Source of the DNA: Azolla caroliniana
Taxonomy: Eukaryota; Plantae; Polypodiophyta
NCBI GenBank assembly: GCA_043228905.1
Contig: JBHGNT010000007.1
Coordinates: 22,630,001-22,694,000 of the forward strand
DNA: 64,000 nucleotides
Direction of reading: 5' to 3'
Shown here one piece after another: positions 1 through 11,422 of this stretch (positions are counted from its first letter, which is position 1; each line of letters starts with the position of its first letter). The notes under the pieces were generated by a model. The model had not been told where the DNA came from, did not search any database, and saw only the letters and a list, made by a program, of their open reading frames with translations. A program made the translations under genes and the position numbers.

Positions 1-138
1 CGTACAGGGTTTTCCACGTTAATCCATGTGTATTCGTGTTCTTTCTCTGTGGTTCCTATTTTCTGCTGCATTGATTCGTGCTTACGCGGTTGTGGCCGAG
101 CGGTGAAGGTTAATCGGAGCGTTGATTGCTTTACAAAC

Positions 139-150
139 TGGTATCAGAGC
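139..150 (+). promoter_or_regulatory. Primer binding site complementary to initiator tRNA-Met
   Basis: TGGTATCAGAGC, 3 nt after the LTR end; canonical plant copia PBS. Confidence 0.95.
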
Positions 151-165
151 GACTGCTGCAGAAAA

Positions 166-3100
166 TGGAAGGCGGCGGCAGCGGGCAGCCGGGGATGATG
201 GTGCTGAATGCGCAGAATTACGCCGACTGGAAGATCAAGATGGAGGATCTTCTGATTGTTCGGGACCTGTACGAACCGATTGACAGGTCGGAAATACCGA
301 AGGGGGTACTTGAGTCGGAATGGAGGCTTCTGAACCGGAAAGCCGTTGCAACCATTCGGCAATACGTCGACGTGAGCGTTCTACAACATGTGGCGAACGA
401 CACCAACGCATATGAGATGTGGCGGAAGCTGTCGGGCCTCTACGAGAGGAAGAATGCGTTGAACCGGACCTCCCTGATGAGGAAGATAGTGAACCTCAAG
501 TACCGGGACGGCGAGAGTATGGTGGAACACGTAAGCACGTTCATGGGATTCGTGAACCAGCTTGCGGCGATCAAGTTCCCGCTGGAGGATGCAATGCAAG
601 CCATCATTCTGATGTGTACATTGCCGGAAAGCTGGGAGAACTTGGTGGTGACTCTCAGCACCTCCTGCACGGAAGATAACTTGTCCCTACAAACGGTAAA
701 GACAAGTATTTTGAACGAAGAAGCGCGTCGGAGAGATAAAGAACCGGCCTCCGACTCGAAGGCGCTGCTTACCGAATCGGAACGGGGAAGACAATGGAAC
801 CGGAGTCCGCAAAGACGGGAGAAGTCAGGGACCCGGTCGCAGTCAAGAGGAAGACCCACATGCTTCCACTGTGGGAAGCCGGGGCACTTCCGGAAGAATT
901 GTCGGCATTACCGAAAGGACAACGGAGCCGACGACACCGATTCGAAGAGGTCACCGGAGAGAAACGGTGCATACCGGGGAGCCACGGACCGGAGAGGTCC
1001 GGATCGGCGAGGGCAGGACCGGAAGGGAACGACGGCACTCGCGGCAAGTGAGGAAGAAATCATGCTCATCACCGAAGAAGGTGAGCTAAACATTGCCGGC
1101 GATGAGACGACCTGGGTGGTCGATTCCGGAGCGTCGTTCCACCTGACCCCGGAGAAGAAATACTTCTCATCCTACACAGCCGGTGAGCACGGCTGTGTTC
1201 GGATGGGAAATGAAGGTACGTGCCGGATCGCCGGCATAGGAGACGTGTGGTTGACAACCCCGACCGGATGCAAAATGCTGCTGAAGGATGTCCGTCACGT
1301 TCCAGAGGTTCGATTGAACCTGATTTCGGCCGGGAGGCTAGACGATGAAGGCTACACAGGTAGCATCCGGAACGGCGTAATGAAGTTCAGCAAAGGGAGC
1401 CTGATAGTGGCTCGGGCCCGGAAGATCAACACACTGTACCTGATGAATGCCCGGTTATGTCCGGAAGAGCTGAATGTGGCAGCCGACACTGCCGGTGAGC
1501 TGTGGCACGAGAGACTGTGCCACATGAGTGAGAAGGGGATGAAGAGGCTTGCAGAAGACAACCTTATTCCAGTGAAGCATGTGCACCTGGAGAAGTGCAC
1601 CGATTGCCTGGCCGGTAAGCAGAACCGAACCTCCTTCCACTCAAGGCCACCGACGAGACGTAGCGCACCATTGGAGTTGGTGCACACCGATGTGTGTCAG
1701 GTAGAAACGAAGTCACATGGCGGAGCCCAGTACTTCGTAACATTCATAGATGATCATAGCCGAAGACTGTGGACGGCACCGATGAAGACAAAGGACCAAG
1801 TGTTGTCCGTCTTCAAAGAACTCCACGCGAGAGTGGAAAGAGAATCCGGCAAGAAGCTGAAAGCGATACGAGCGGATAACGGAGGGGAATACCGGGGACA
1901 GTTCCAGGAGTACTGTCGCTCGAAGGGAATCCGGCTCGAGTTTACTGTGCCGAAGACGCCGGAACTGAACGGGCTGGCCGAGAGGATGAATCTGACCATA
2001 ATGGAGAGGGTCCGGAGTATGCTGGCGCATGCGGAATTACCCAAGGGGTTTTGGGCTGAGGCGATGTCGACGGCGACATACGTGATAAACCGATCACCCT
2101 CAGTACCTTTGGACGGAGACACGCCGCAGAGAGTGTGGACCGGTAGGGAAGTATCTTACCGGCATCTGAAGGTGTTCGGGTGTCTCGCATACGTGCATGT
2201 GGCAAAGGACCGGAGAGGAAAGCTAGATCCAAAGACCCGGCCATGCATATTCCTCGGTTACGGCGACGACGAGTTCGGCTACCGAGTATGGGACCCGGTC
2301 GACAAGAAGATATTCAGGAGTCGAGATATCATCTTCATGGAGAACAAGACACTCGCCGACTGGGAGTCGGAGAAGAAGATGAAGAGCTCCAAGTCGACCG
2401 GTGAGGATCAACTCTACGAGGAGCAGTCCCGACCGGCAAGGGACCGGTTAGCACTCGAGGATCCGGCCGAAGACGGTGAAGAAACAGAACCGGCCGAAGA
2501 AGATGAAAATGATACCGGAACCGGCCCCGATCCCGAAATAGATTCGGATGAAGAAGAATCGGAAGAACCGGTTACCGAAGCTCCGGAACGGAGATATCCT
2601 CTAAGAGAGAGAAGGGCCCCCCGGAGATTTCCGGAACCAGAGCACCTGTTACTAACCGACGAGGGGGAGCCGGAGAGCTTTGAAGAAGCAAAACATGACA
2701 CCCAGAGCCGCAGGTGGTTGAGTGCCATGCAGGACGAGATGGATTCCCTGCATGAGAACCACACATATGAACTTGTGGAGTTGCCGAAAGGAAAGCGGGC
2801 ACTTCGAAACAAGTGGGTGTTCAAGCTGAAACCGGGAGATGCCGGAAACCCCCCGAGATACAAAGCCAGGATCGTGGTGAAGGGGTTTCAGCAGAAGAAG
2901 GGCGTCGACTTCGACGAGATATTTGCCCCGGTAGTGAAGATGACCTCCATCCGGACGGTGCTGAGCATAGCGGCAAGCATGGACCTCGAGGTAGAACAGA
3001 TGGACGTGAAGACGACATTCCTTCACGGTGACCTCGAAGAAGAAATCTACATGCAGCAACCGGAAGGATTCGAGAAGAAAGGGAAGGAGCACCTGGTATG

Positions 3101-4239
3101 CCGGTTGAAGAAGAGCCTTTACGGACTGAAGCAGGCTCCCCGGCAATGGTACCGGAAGTTCGACTCCTTCATGACCGACGAAGGGTACCTCAAAACGCAG
3201 TCCAACCACTGCGTGTTTGTGAAGAAGTTCGAAGGAGGAGACTTTCTAATACTCCTCCTGTACGTGGACGACATGTTGATCGTCGGACGAGACCAGGTCA
3301 AGATACGGATGCTGAAGAAGGCTCTTCACCGAACCTTCTCAATGAAGGACTTGGGTCCGGCGAGACAAATACTAGGGATGCACATCATCCAGGACCGGAG
3401 CAAGAAGCAGTTGTGGCTGTCACAGGAAAAGTACGTGACAAAGGTGCTTAAACGGTTCAACATGTCGGAAGCAAGACCGGTCGGATCGACCCTCCCGGCA
3501 AACTGCAAAGCTGTCCAACAAGCAAAGTCCCAAGACAAAGGCTGAAAAGGAGGATATGATGAAAGTGCCGTATGCCTCAGCCGTCGGAAGCTTGATGTAC
3601 GCAATGGTGTGTACAAGACCGGACATAGGATACGCAGTCGGAGTGGTGAGCCGGTACATGAGCAATCCCGGCAAAGAACACTGGAACGCGGTCAAGTGGA
3701 TACTCCGATACCTGAAGGGCACGGCAAACGTGTGCCTCCGATTCGGCTCCGGAAAGCCCGAACTCGACGGCTTTACCGATTCGGATATGTCGGCTGATGC
3801 AGATACCAGCCGGTCCACATCAGGGTATGTGATGACGTATGCAGGGGGAGCTGTTTCATGGCAGTCGAGGCTGCAGAAGACGGTTGCGTTGTCAACCACG
3901 GAGGCGGAGTACATGGCGGCTGTTGAAGCCGGCAAGGAAATAATATGGATGAAGGACTTTATTAGAGAGCTCGGTATCCGGCAGGAGGAGTACCGACTCT
4001 ACTGCGACAGTCAGAGTGCCATCCACCTTGCGAAGAATGTGGCCTATCACTCCCGGACGAAGCACATCCAGCGAAGATATCACTGGATCCGGGAAAGGAT
4101 AGAAGACAAGGAGTTCGTGCTGACGAAGGTCCACACGGACGAGAACGGGTCGGATATGCTGACCAAGGTGCTCACACCCGACAAGCTGGAAGCATGCCGG
4201 AAGAGGATCGGATTGGAGAGACATCCCATGCCGAAGTGA
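166..4239 (+). CDS. Copia Gag-Pol polyprotein (Gag, CCHC knuckle, protease, GAG-pre-integrase, integrase, RT, RNase H) with a single +1 frameshift near 3507
   Basis: Motifs CFHCGKPGHFRKNC, WVVDSGAS, LWHERLCH, ADNGGEY, NGLAER, LYVDDM, then YASAVGSLMY/DSDM/TEAEY/RTKHI in the 3556-4239 ORF. Removing one A from TGCAAAG (about 3504-3510) joins both ORFs as NCKLSNKQSPKTKAEKEDMMKVPY. Confidence 0.93.
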
Positions 4240-4249
4240 AGGGGGAGTT

Positions 4250-4851
4250 TGTTGGGATTACGGTCCCTTCGGATGGGATGGTCGGATATCGGAGATGGAT
4301 GCCGACAAGCCCGGTTTCGGTTTCGGAACCGGATGATGAAGACCCCGGCTTCGGAGCCGGATGACGAATGTACCCGGAGCGAGATCCGGATGCGGGGACA
4401 TATCTGTGAATATGTCTGCCAAGGGCCCTTGAGGCTATAGTTGTAAATAGCCCCAAAGTCATATGTGTATAAATATGACTTAGGGCAAACAGTTTTAATG
4501 TTGCTTATCATTTTTCTGTTTTTCCACTCAAGAGGAGTGAAGTGAGAGCAGCCGTGAGAGAGATAGAGCGTGAGAGAGGAAGAGGTCGACGCCTCTGTGT
4601 ATTTCCGCCGCCTGTGGCGAAGACGGCGAGCTCAAGGTCGTCGCCTTGCAGCTCGCCATTGTATATTTCTCTGTGCATAGTTCTGGTTTGGAGTCTTGTA
4701 CTCCCGTGGTTTTTCCCGTACAGGGTTTTCCACGTTAATCCATGTGTATTCGTGTTCTTTCTCTGTGGTTCCTATTTTCTGCTGCATTGATTCGTGCTTA
4801 CGCGGTTGTGGCCGAGCGGTGAAGGTTAATCGGAGCGTTGATTGCTTTACA
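4250..4851 (+). repeat. 3' LTR of the copia element (602 bp)
   Basis: Follows PPT GAAGGGGGAG, starts TGTTGG, ends TTACA, contains TATAAATA at about 4468; last 135 bp identical to 1-135. Confidence 0.95.
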
Positions 4852-5371
4852 AGACCTTCTTCATATCCATGGTGATGCCAATGGGCGAGAAGATGTAGCC
4901 CAGAAATTCGATCGAGGTACGGTCGAACTCACATTTCTCGCCTTTGGCATAAAAGCCATGCTCATGAAGTTTGGCAAGAACTAATCGGACTTGGCGAGTG
5001 TGCTCCTCCATGTTTGGTGAGAAAATGAGAATATCATCGAGGTAAATGACAACAAAAAGATCAAGATATTCCCGGAATATATCGTTCATCATATGTTGAA
5101 AAACTACGGGAGCGTTAGTAAGACTAAAAGGTATTACCTTGTATTCGAAATGCCCATATCGTGTTCGAAATGCGGGTTTCCATTCATCCCCTGGCTTGAT
5201 GTGTACTAGATTGTATGCTCCACGCAGATCAACTTTGGAGAAGACACGCGCAACTCGGAGCCGAGCAAGGAGTTCGGGGATCAGAGGTAGCGGATAGCGG
5301 TTGTGCATAGTGAGTTTGTTGAGACCTCGATAGTCGACGCATAAGTGTAGAGAGCCGTCCTTCTTCTTCAC
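4852..5371 (-). pseudogene. Gypsy reverse transcriptase fragment, truncated by the copia insertion
   Basis: ORF 4847-5371: [29 protein letters not shown]...FLGY. Confidence 0.92.
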
Positions 5372-6795
5372 AAATAAAATGGGGGCCCCGGCTGGTGACT
5401 TAAAAGGTTGAATAAATCCTTTCTCGAGGTTCTCATCGAGCTACACACGAAGGGCCTTCAACTCTGGTGCAGACAACGCATATAGAGGACCAAAGGGTGG
5501 ACACGCACCTTATTGAAGATCAATCGGACAGTCGTAGAGCCGATGTTCAGGCAAACGATCAACATTACATTTTTCAAATACGTCGAAGAAGTGTTGGTAT
5601 TTTTCGGGAATAACATGGAGTGTGTTAGAAATGGCGCCACAAACAAACCCATCCTGGACCAATGATGGGGTAGTCAATTCGGAGTCGATCGTCTCCGAAG
5701 GATAGGAAACTAAATTTACCTTCATACTTTTGCACGAGCATCTTGGCTTGCTAAATGTGATTGAGCGGTTGCACCAATCCACTATTGGATTGTGCGCCTC
5801 CAACCACGTTAGTCCTAAGACGATCAGATGTCGAGGAGAGGCGATGAGGTAAAAGGCGAGCTCCTCCTAGTGTGAGCACACCCGAAGCCCTAATGAGATT
5901 GTAGCTTGAGTAATTGCACCTGACGAGAGGACGCACCCGTCGATGGCTTCAACTGGAATGGGTTTTGAGAGGCCAACGACAGGTATGCCATGTGCTTGGG
6001 CAAACGCGACGTCGATGAAGCAAGAAGATGCCCTAGAATCAAGTAAAGCAACAGACTTAATGGAACTAGAGTTAAATGAAAGCCATACCTCCAATGTGAA
6101 ATTGCCTGATGGTCCAGCAATGAAACCAAGAGAATGTGGGCAACAGGAGATGTCCAGTTGCATGGCTCCTACTGCAACCAAACGATGTCGTTTTCCGGAT
6201 GTTGGGTTCCGTTAGCTCGATGGAATTGTGGGTGAGTACTCCTAGGATAATGGCGAACGACATGACCGGAGGCGCCACAATACATGCACAAGCCATTAGA
6301 CCGCCGAAATTGTCGTTCAGCATCAATCAATGGCCGAAATCGGGCTTGATCAATTTCCATGGGGACAGGAGCATCTGCCAAAGTAGGCGAGTGTGAGGAT
6401 GCCTAGGATTGTATGACCGAGGCGTGGCGTGGAAGTGAATGAGGTGGAACCCAAGTCCGGCGCTCTTCTTGGCGAAATTCGAAAAGACGATTGTCACAAT
6501 GGACTGCTTGTGAAATCGCTTGGGATAACGAGGTGGGCTCCGGAAAGTTTAAGAGAAGATTCTTGACATTGCTTCGAAGGCCGCGCCGAAAGTGATCAGC
6601 TAAAGCTTGATCATCCCAATTGACGTCGCATGCTAGTTGTCGAAATTCTGAAGCATAGACCGAAGCTACACGCGAACCTTGTTCGAGTGCATAAATCTTG
6701 TTAAGAGCTGTACGTCGTTGGTCCATCTCTCCAAATGTGGCCTCTAACTCGACGAGGAAGGCAGGAAAGTCCTCCAATAGAGGTGACGAGGTTTC

Positions 6796-7071
6796 TGACG
6801 GGAACTGGACGTTCCTTATGCGCAAGACTCGGCCACAATTGAGATTCTTTTCATACACAGAAAAACGGGAAATAAAACACGACACAAAGAAGAGAAATGG
6901 TACATAGGAGGTTTACGGGGAAAACCCCAAACTAGGGGGAAAACCACGGCAGCCCACAGGTTGCAAACTGTCACTATGTATAAATGTACAAAACAGTGAG
7001 TTCACTGAGGCAACGACCTCGTGCCACAGATCTTCGCCGCAGGCGGCGGTTACAACAGAGGCAACGACCTC

Positions 7072-7106
<35 letters not shown>

Positions 7107-7455
7107 CAGTTACGCACTCTCTCTACTTCTTGCACCAACAAGTAGGAATGACTACCACTACAATATTAGTTTGCCCTAAGTCATATTTATACTAATATGA
7201 CTTTTCGGCTATTTACAAATATAGCCACAATGGGCTCTCAGAAACATATTTACGAATATGTCTCTTCCTCCGGTTCATACCGGGCCTGCACCATCCGGCT
7301 CTCCGTAGCCGGGTACTCCTCATCCGGTTCATACCGGGCCTGCGCCATCCGGCTCTCCGTAGCCGGGTACTCCTCATACGGATTCGGCCTCGGCCGAGTT
7401 TGTTCGTCGACACTGTTCTTCTCCCTTCCCATCCGGAGGGACCTGTCTCCCAACA
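6796..7455 (-). mobile_element. Solo LTR (660 bp) of a copia family related to the 1-4851 element, inserted in gypsy gag
   Basis: Perfect 5-bp TSD GTTTC (6791-6795, 7456-7460) and TG...CA termini. The minus strand starts TGTTGGGA..GGTCCCT.CGGATGGGA like LTR 4250. The gag frame resumes across it (APLVET|SSPLLEDF). Internal 54-bp tandem duplication at 7270-7377. Confidence 0.93.
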
Positions 7456-7900
7456 GTTTCTACCAATGGTGCAAACCAAGCTTGGGCCAAACCGGAGAGA
7501 AGGGTGCCCACAAGACCGACTTGTCGAAGACCATCTCCATAACATCGAGGTTGTAGCCGAATGATAAGTTGAACTTGGTTGATGAACCCTCGGAAACGCG
7601 ACCTCGTTCCATCAAATTTTTCTGGGAGGCTAACCTTAGGCTCAAGAAACTGTGACGAAGCTAGGCTAGATGTTGGTAGAAGATCGGGCTCTAGGCTAGG
7701 TTGTTGTGGGAGACTAGGGTTCGGGGGTTGTGAGGATAGGGAGGTACCGACTTGAAGTTCTTGTAAAGAATTTCGAAGAGCTTCATTTTCAAGCTGTAGT
7801 TGTCGTAAGGCTACCATTATTTGGCCTAACTCACTAGTTGAGTCGGACATAGCTATGGCTTATGAGAGGGAGAGCTATGAGGATGGGAAGGTGAACAAAC

Positions 7901-8240
7901 TGTCACGGATCATAAGCTCAAGAGACAAGCAAGAAGATAACCAAATGGACAAGAAAGAAGATAGTATTAAAGGGAAGACTCCATAACTGGTGTTGTTCAC
8001 CTTGAATTCCTTCAAGGTGAACTCCTCTATTTATACTACATGGCATGCATACTTGTTGCACACATGTGAATCTACAATAGAGCATGTAGGTATGCATGCA
8101 TGTGCCAAGTGTAAATACTATGCACATGATGCTAGCAAAATAATAAGAACCAATTACATACATAACTATGTACTAGATATCTTGGTTAACTCATAATACT
8201 AGATTATAACATGGTCGTGTCAAGAGTTCGAATCTTGACA
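7901..8240 (-). repeat. 5' LTR of the gypsy element (340 bp)
   Basis: Inverted termini TGTCA/TGACA, minus-strand TATAAATA at 8035-8028, 50 bp upstream of the gag ATG (7850). Confidence 0.85.
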
Positions 8241-9068
8241 GTCCTCTCCCTTTCTTGAGTGAGTGGGCATCCACATAAGATAGAACTATCACATCCCTAC
8301 AAGGATTTGTATATAACACTCTCATTTGTAAAATTTTATAACTAATGGAATGAGATTTTTTGGGGAAAAAGAAAGAAAGAAAAGAAACAACATGGTTAGA
8401 TTGGTTATCCCATCTACTTGAAGTTCAAAATGAAATGATTAGAATGATAATTCCATATTCTTGAAGTTTGAGTTGGAGGGGTTTCGAGTTGGAATCTCAT
8501 TGTCCAAGATTTTAGAAATCTCCTACTTTGATCTCATGGCTTTCATGTATGGAGTGGGATTGTGATGTATGGCTATTGGGAAGAGAGTGTTTAGAACTCA
8601 ATACTTGTTAAATCCTTTGTTGTGGTAACCTCAAACTTTTATTTATTTAATCTCATTTTTGGCACTTTGAGTTCTTTACCCCAAAACAAATGAGTTCTTC
8701 ACCTATCATTAGGTGTGGAAGCACTTAATACTATGCCTGGAAGACTATGCGTATGGATGGGTGTATGAGATTTCTCGCTTTAATGTTTCTTGTATAGCAA
8801 AATAGTGTACAAGAGTGCTTGTCTGAGAGGTATGTGTGGCCCACATAAATTGAGAATGTGCACATTTACACGTGCGGTGTTTCAAATTGCATGTATTGTA
8901 TTATACTGTATACATATATGAGAGAAATGAGGGTCTACATGTATATAGGTTCATTGTGTGTGTGTGTGTGTGTGCGATCTTATATGAACATGGGATCATA
9001 TATGTAGCTAAAAGTGTTTGTTTTACTATGTATTGGTTCTCATGTTGGTGCATTTTTGTGTGTTTGTA

Positions 9069-9170
9069 TAGCAATGGGGTCGGTTCGGTTTGGTTTCTTG
9101 GCCTTGAAACCAAACCAAACCAAACCAATTATTAATAATAAAAACCGAACCAAACTGTTTTAAAATTTAT
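9069..9170. mobile_element. Possible truncated end of a hAT-type non-autonomous element
   Basis: TAGCAATGG...GGTTCGGTTTGG followed by AAACC/AAACCG arrays, resembling the MITE at 38529-38974; no partner end found. Confidence 0.4.
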
Positions 9171-9239
9171 GAAGCCATTTAAACCGAGGAAAGGAGTAAA
9201 GGAGGAAAGCCATTTATGATCGTAGCCATTTATGATGCC

Positions 9240-10480
9240 TACGATTGGACGGAGGAAAGGAGTACTTCTCCGATGAATTCACCTCCTACTTCCAAAGTGA
9301 AGGCATTCGGAGAGATTTTTCGTGCCAACACACACCCCAACTAAATGGAGTAGCCGAAAGGAAGAATTGACAAATACTTGAGGTAGCACGCGCCATGATG
9401 CATGAGAAGCACATGTTGAATTTCTATTGGGCCGAAGCGGCATCCACGACTGTCTATCTCATGAACCAATGCACCACTAATGGAGTGCATGAGCTAACTC
9501 CATACGAGCTTCTTGTTGGAAGGAAGCCGATCCTGTCACACCTCAAGGTGTTCAGAAGCATTGCGAATGTACGCATCTCGAACGAAGGCCGACAAAAGCC
9601 CGACGCGAAGTCAGAGGAATGTATCCTCATAGGATACTCGTCTGAGAAGAAGGCATACAAGTGCTACAACCCTTCTACTCGAGCGGTTCGAGTAAGTCAA
9701 GACGTAGTCTTCAACGAGTCTGCATCCTGGTATGCACTAGAGACAACTTCGACTCCGACTCCGACTCCGACTCCGTTCGACCCGGAATCCGCCGAACAAG
9801 AGGTAGAAGATGGAGATCGCTTCGAACACATGTTCGAAGAAAGTCCGATTACGACAAAGCCTAGTGGGCCACAAGAGCCCCCACGCGACCCAAGCACATC
9901 GCGACCAAGTACGAACTTGGACAAAGGCAAAGGTAAGATGCCCGAATACGAAGTCGACCAGACAGTGATTCAGATGCGTCGGCTCGCTCACTAGACAGTG
10001 AGTTTGGTGTACCCATCATGCGGACACTCAGAGTAAAGAAGGCGCTCACATCAGCAAGCAAAAAACTTCGACGCTCATCTAGAGCTAAGAACCCCGTCAC
10101 TCGGCACGACTACAACGAGTACATGGCCCATCGCTATGCCTTCACGATGAAGGTAGTGGCCGAACAAGAGCCCAAGAGCTCCACCGAAGTGACTCGTAAC
10201 CCACGATGTGTGGAAGTAGACGACCTTCGCCCACACACTACAAGCCTTCGTCACCAGCTTGAGGGGGAGGAACCGAGATTGCTAGGGCGAAGAAAGTCGA
10301 AGGCCAGACGGAAGCACACGAAGCCGACGAAAACCAAAGCAGATGTCGGACGCCTCACACTTGAGCTTGAGGGAGCATGTTGAGAGATCAAGCTCATCTT
10401 AGTTTAGTTAGTTAGTCAACCATGTAACTTCGTAGTTACCTAGATAGAATCTAGTTAGAAGAGTTGACTATAACGCCTTA
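9240..10480 (+). mobile_element. Degenerate copia derivative: integrase, RT/RNase H deleted, PPT and start of 3' LTR
   Basis: NGVAERKN-like remnant at about 9343-9370, ORF 9395-9994 (WAEAASTTVYL, KCYNP, VVFNE), PPT GAGGGAG at about 10369 followed by TGTTGAGA at 10378. LTR end not determined. Confidence 0.8.
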
Positions 10481-10490
10481 AATAGGACCC

Positions 10491-11006
10491 TGTACTTAAG
10501 TGGGATATTCTAGATCCTCCACTCCTAAGTACATTTAATATAGGACTTACACTTTTGTACCTATATTATCCTCACACATGTGCACCCTTGCACATGAGAT
10601 CTATATATACCTCATTGTAGGTATTTTTGTATTTGATGACGATAATGCTAATTTAATATAGTTACTCATCCCCCATCTTGTGTTGTTCATAAGTCTCTCT
10701 CTTCCTCTCACACACATACACACACATATCACTTAATCTTCTGCTTAACTTAATCACATAATTAGCTAGGTACTAATTAACCCTTAATTACTTACCTAAT
10801 TCTTAACACACCCTCTATTCCACCTCATCTCATACCTCTCCTCCACCATTCCATTGCCTCTTACTTTTGACATTGTCATCGAGCTTGAGGAAACCTTGTC
10901 TTTGATGATAGCCTTGGTGGCACCTCCCTTTGTGCATATGTGAGTGTACCTACATTAGGTCAGGATAATGTTATCCACCAAACATCTCACCTCTCATGGT
11001 ATGATA
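10491..11006 (+). repeat. Possible relic LTR followed by a decayed PBS
   Basis: TGT...CA (10491-10996) immediately followed by TGGTATGATA (PBS-like); no partner LTR or TSD found. Confidence 0.3.
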
Positions 11007-11031
11007 CGTGGTTACACTAAAGTCTTATTGT

Positions 11032-11076
<45 letters not shown>

Positions 11077-11077
<1 letters not shown>

Positions 11078-11218
11078 TATTATTGCCTTCGGAGGTCAAA
11101 TATGACCTATGGGACCAAGAATATTACATTTCACATGTACATGTGAAATGTAATATTCTTATGAAATGTAATATTCTTGGTCCCATAGGTCATATTTGAC
11201 ATCCGAAGACGATAACAG
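11077..11218. mobile_element. Fold-back (hairpin) MITE-like element between (GA)n and (TCTA)n microsatellites
   Basis: Near-perfect palindrome (GTCAAATATGACCTATGGGACCAAGAATATTACATTTCA and its reverse complement). A diverged half-copy sits at about 29516-29590. Confidence 0.75.
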
Positions 11219-11422
11219 AATCTATCTATCTATCTATCTATCTCTCAGTTTTTGGTAAAAGCACCACTTCATTGTTCTCTATCTACCTATGTAGGGATGG
11301 GAACATTTTGTAAAGCCATTAGAAAATCTGAATATGCACTTTAGGAAATGATCCCCACATGCTCTAACATCCAAAAATTCCACACGAGAACGCCTTAGTT
11401 TTATTTTTCTCTCTCTCTCTCT

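Larger units (their letters stand above)
1..4851 (+). mobile_element. Ty1/copia LTR retrotransposon (Tork/Tnt1-like), near-intact and young; 5' LTR cut by window edge
   Basis: Positions 1-135 are identical to 4717-4851 (LTR 3' ends, ...TTACA). PBS TGGTATCAGAGC at 139-150, gag-pol with copia domain order, PPT at 4238-4247, 3' LTR 4250-4851 (TG...CA). Confidence 0.97.
4852..8240 (-). mobile_element. Ty3/gypsy retrotransposon (Tf1/sushi-Tcn1-like chromovirus group), degenerate; interrupted by a solo LTR in gag and by the copia in RT
   Basis: Minus-strand gag (PEKFDG...WF, 7850 down to about 6400), knuckle CMYCGASGH, protease LLDSRASSCF, RT ([25 protein letters not shown]) cut at 4851, with stops and frameshifts. 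LTR at 7901-8240 has TGTCA...TGACA termini. Confidence 0.9.

Noticed and set aside
144-4511. Many antisense and alternate-frame ORFs over the copia
   Set aside because: By-products of the GC-rich, stop-poor pol sequence; no recognisable domains.
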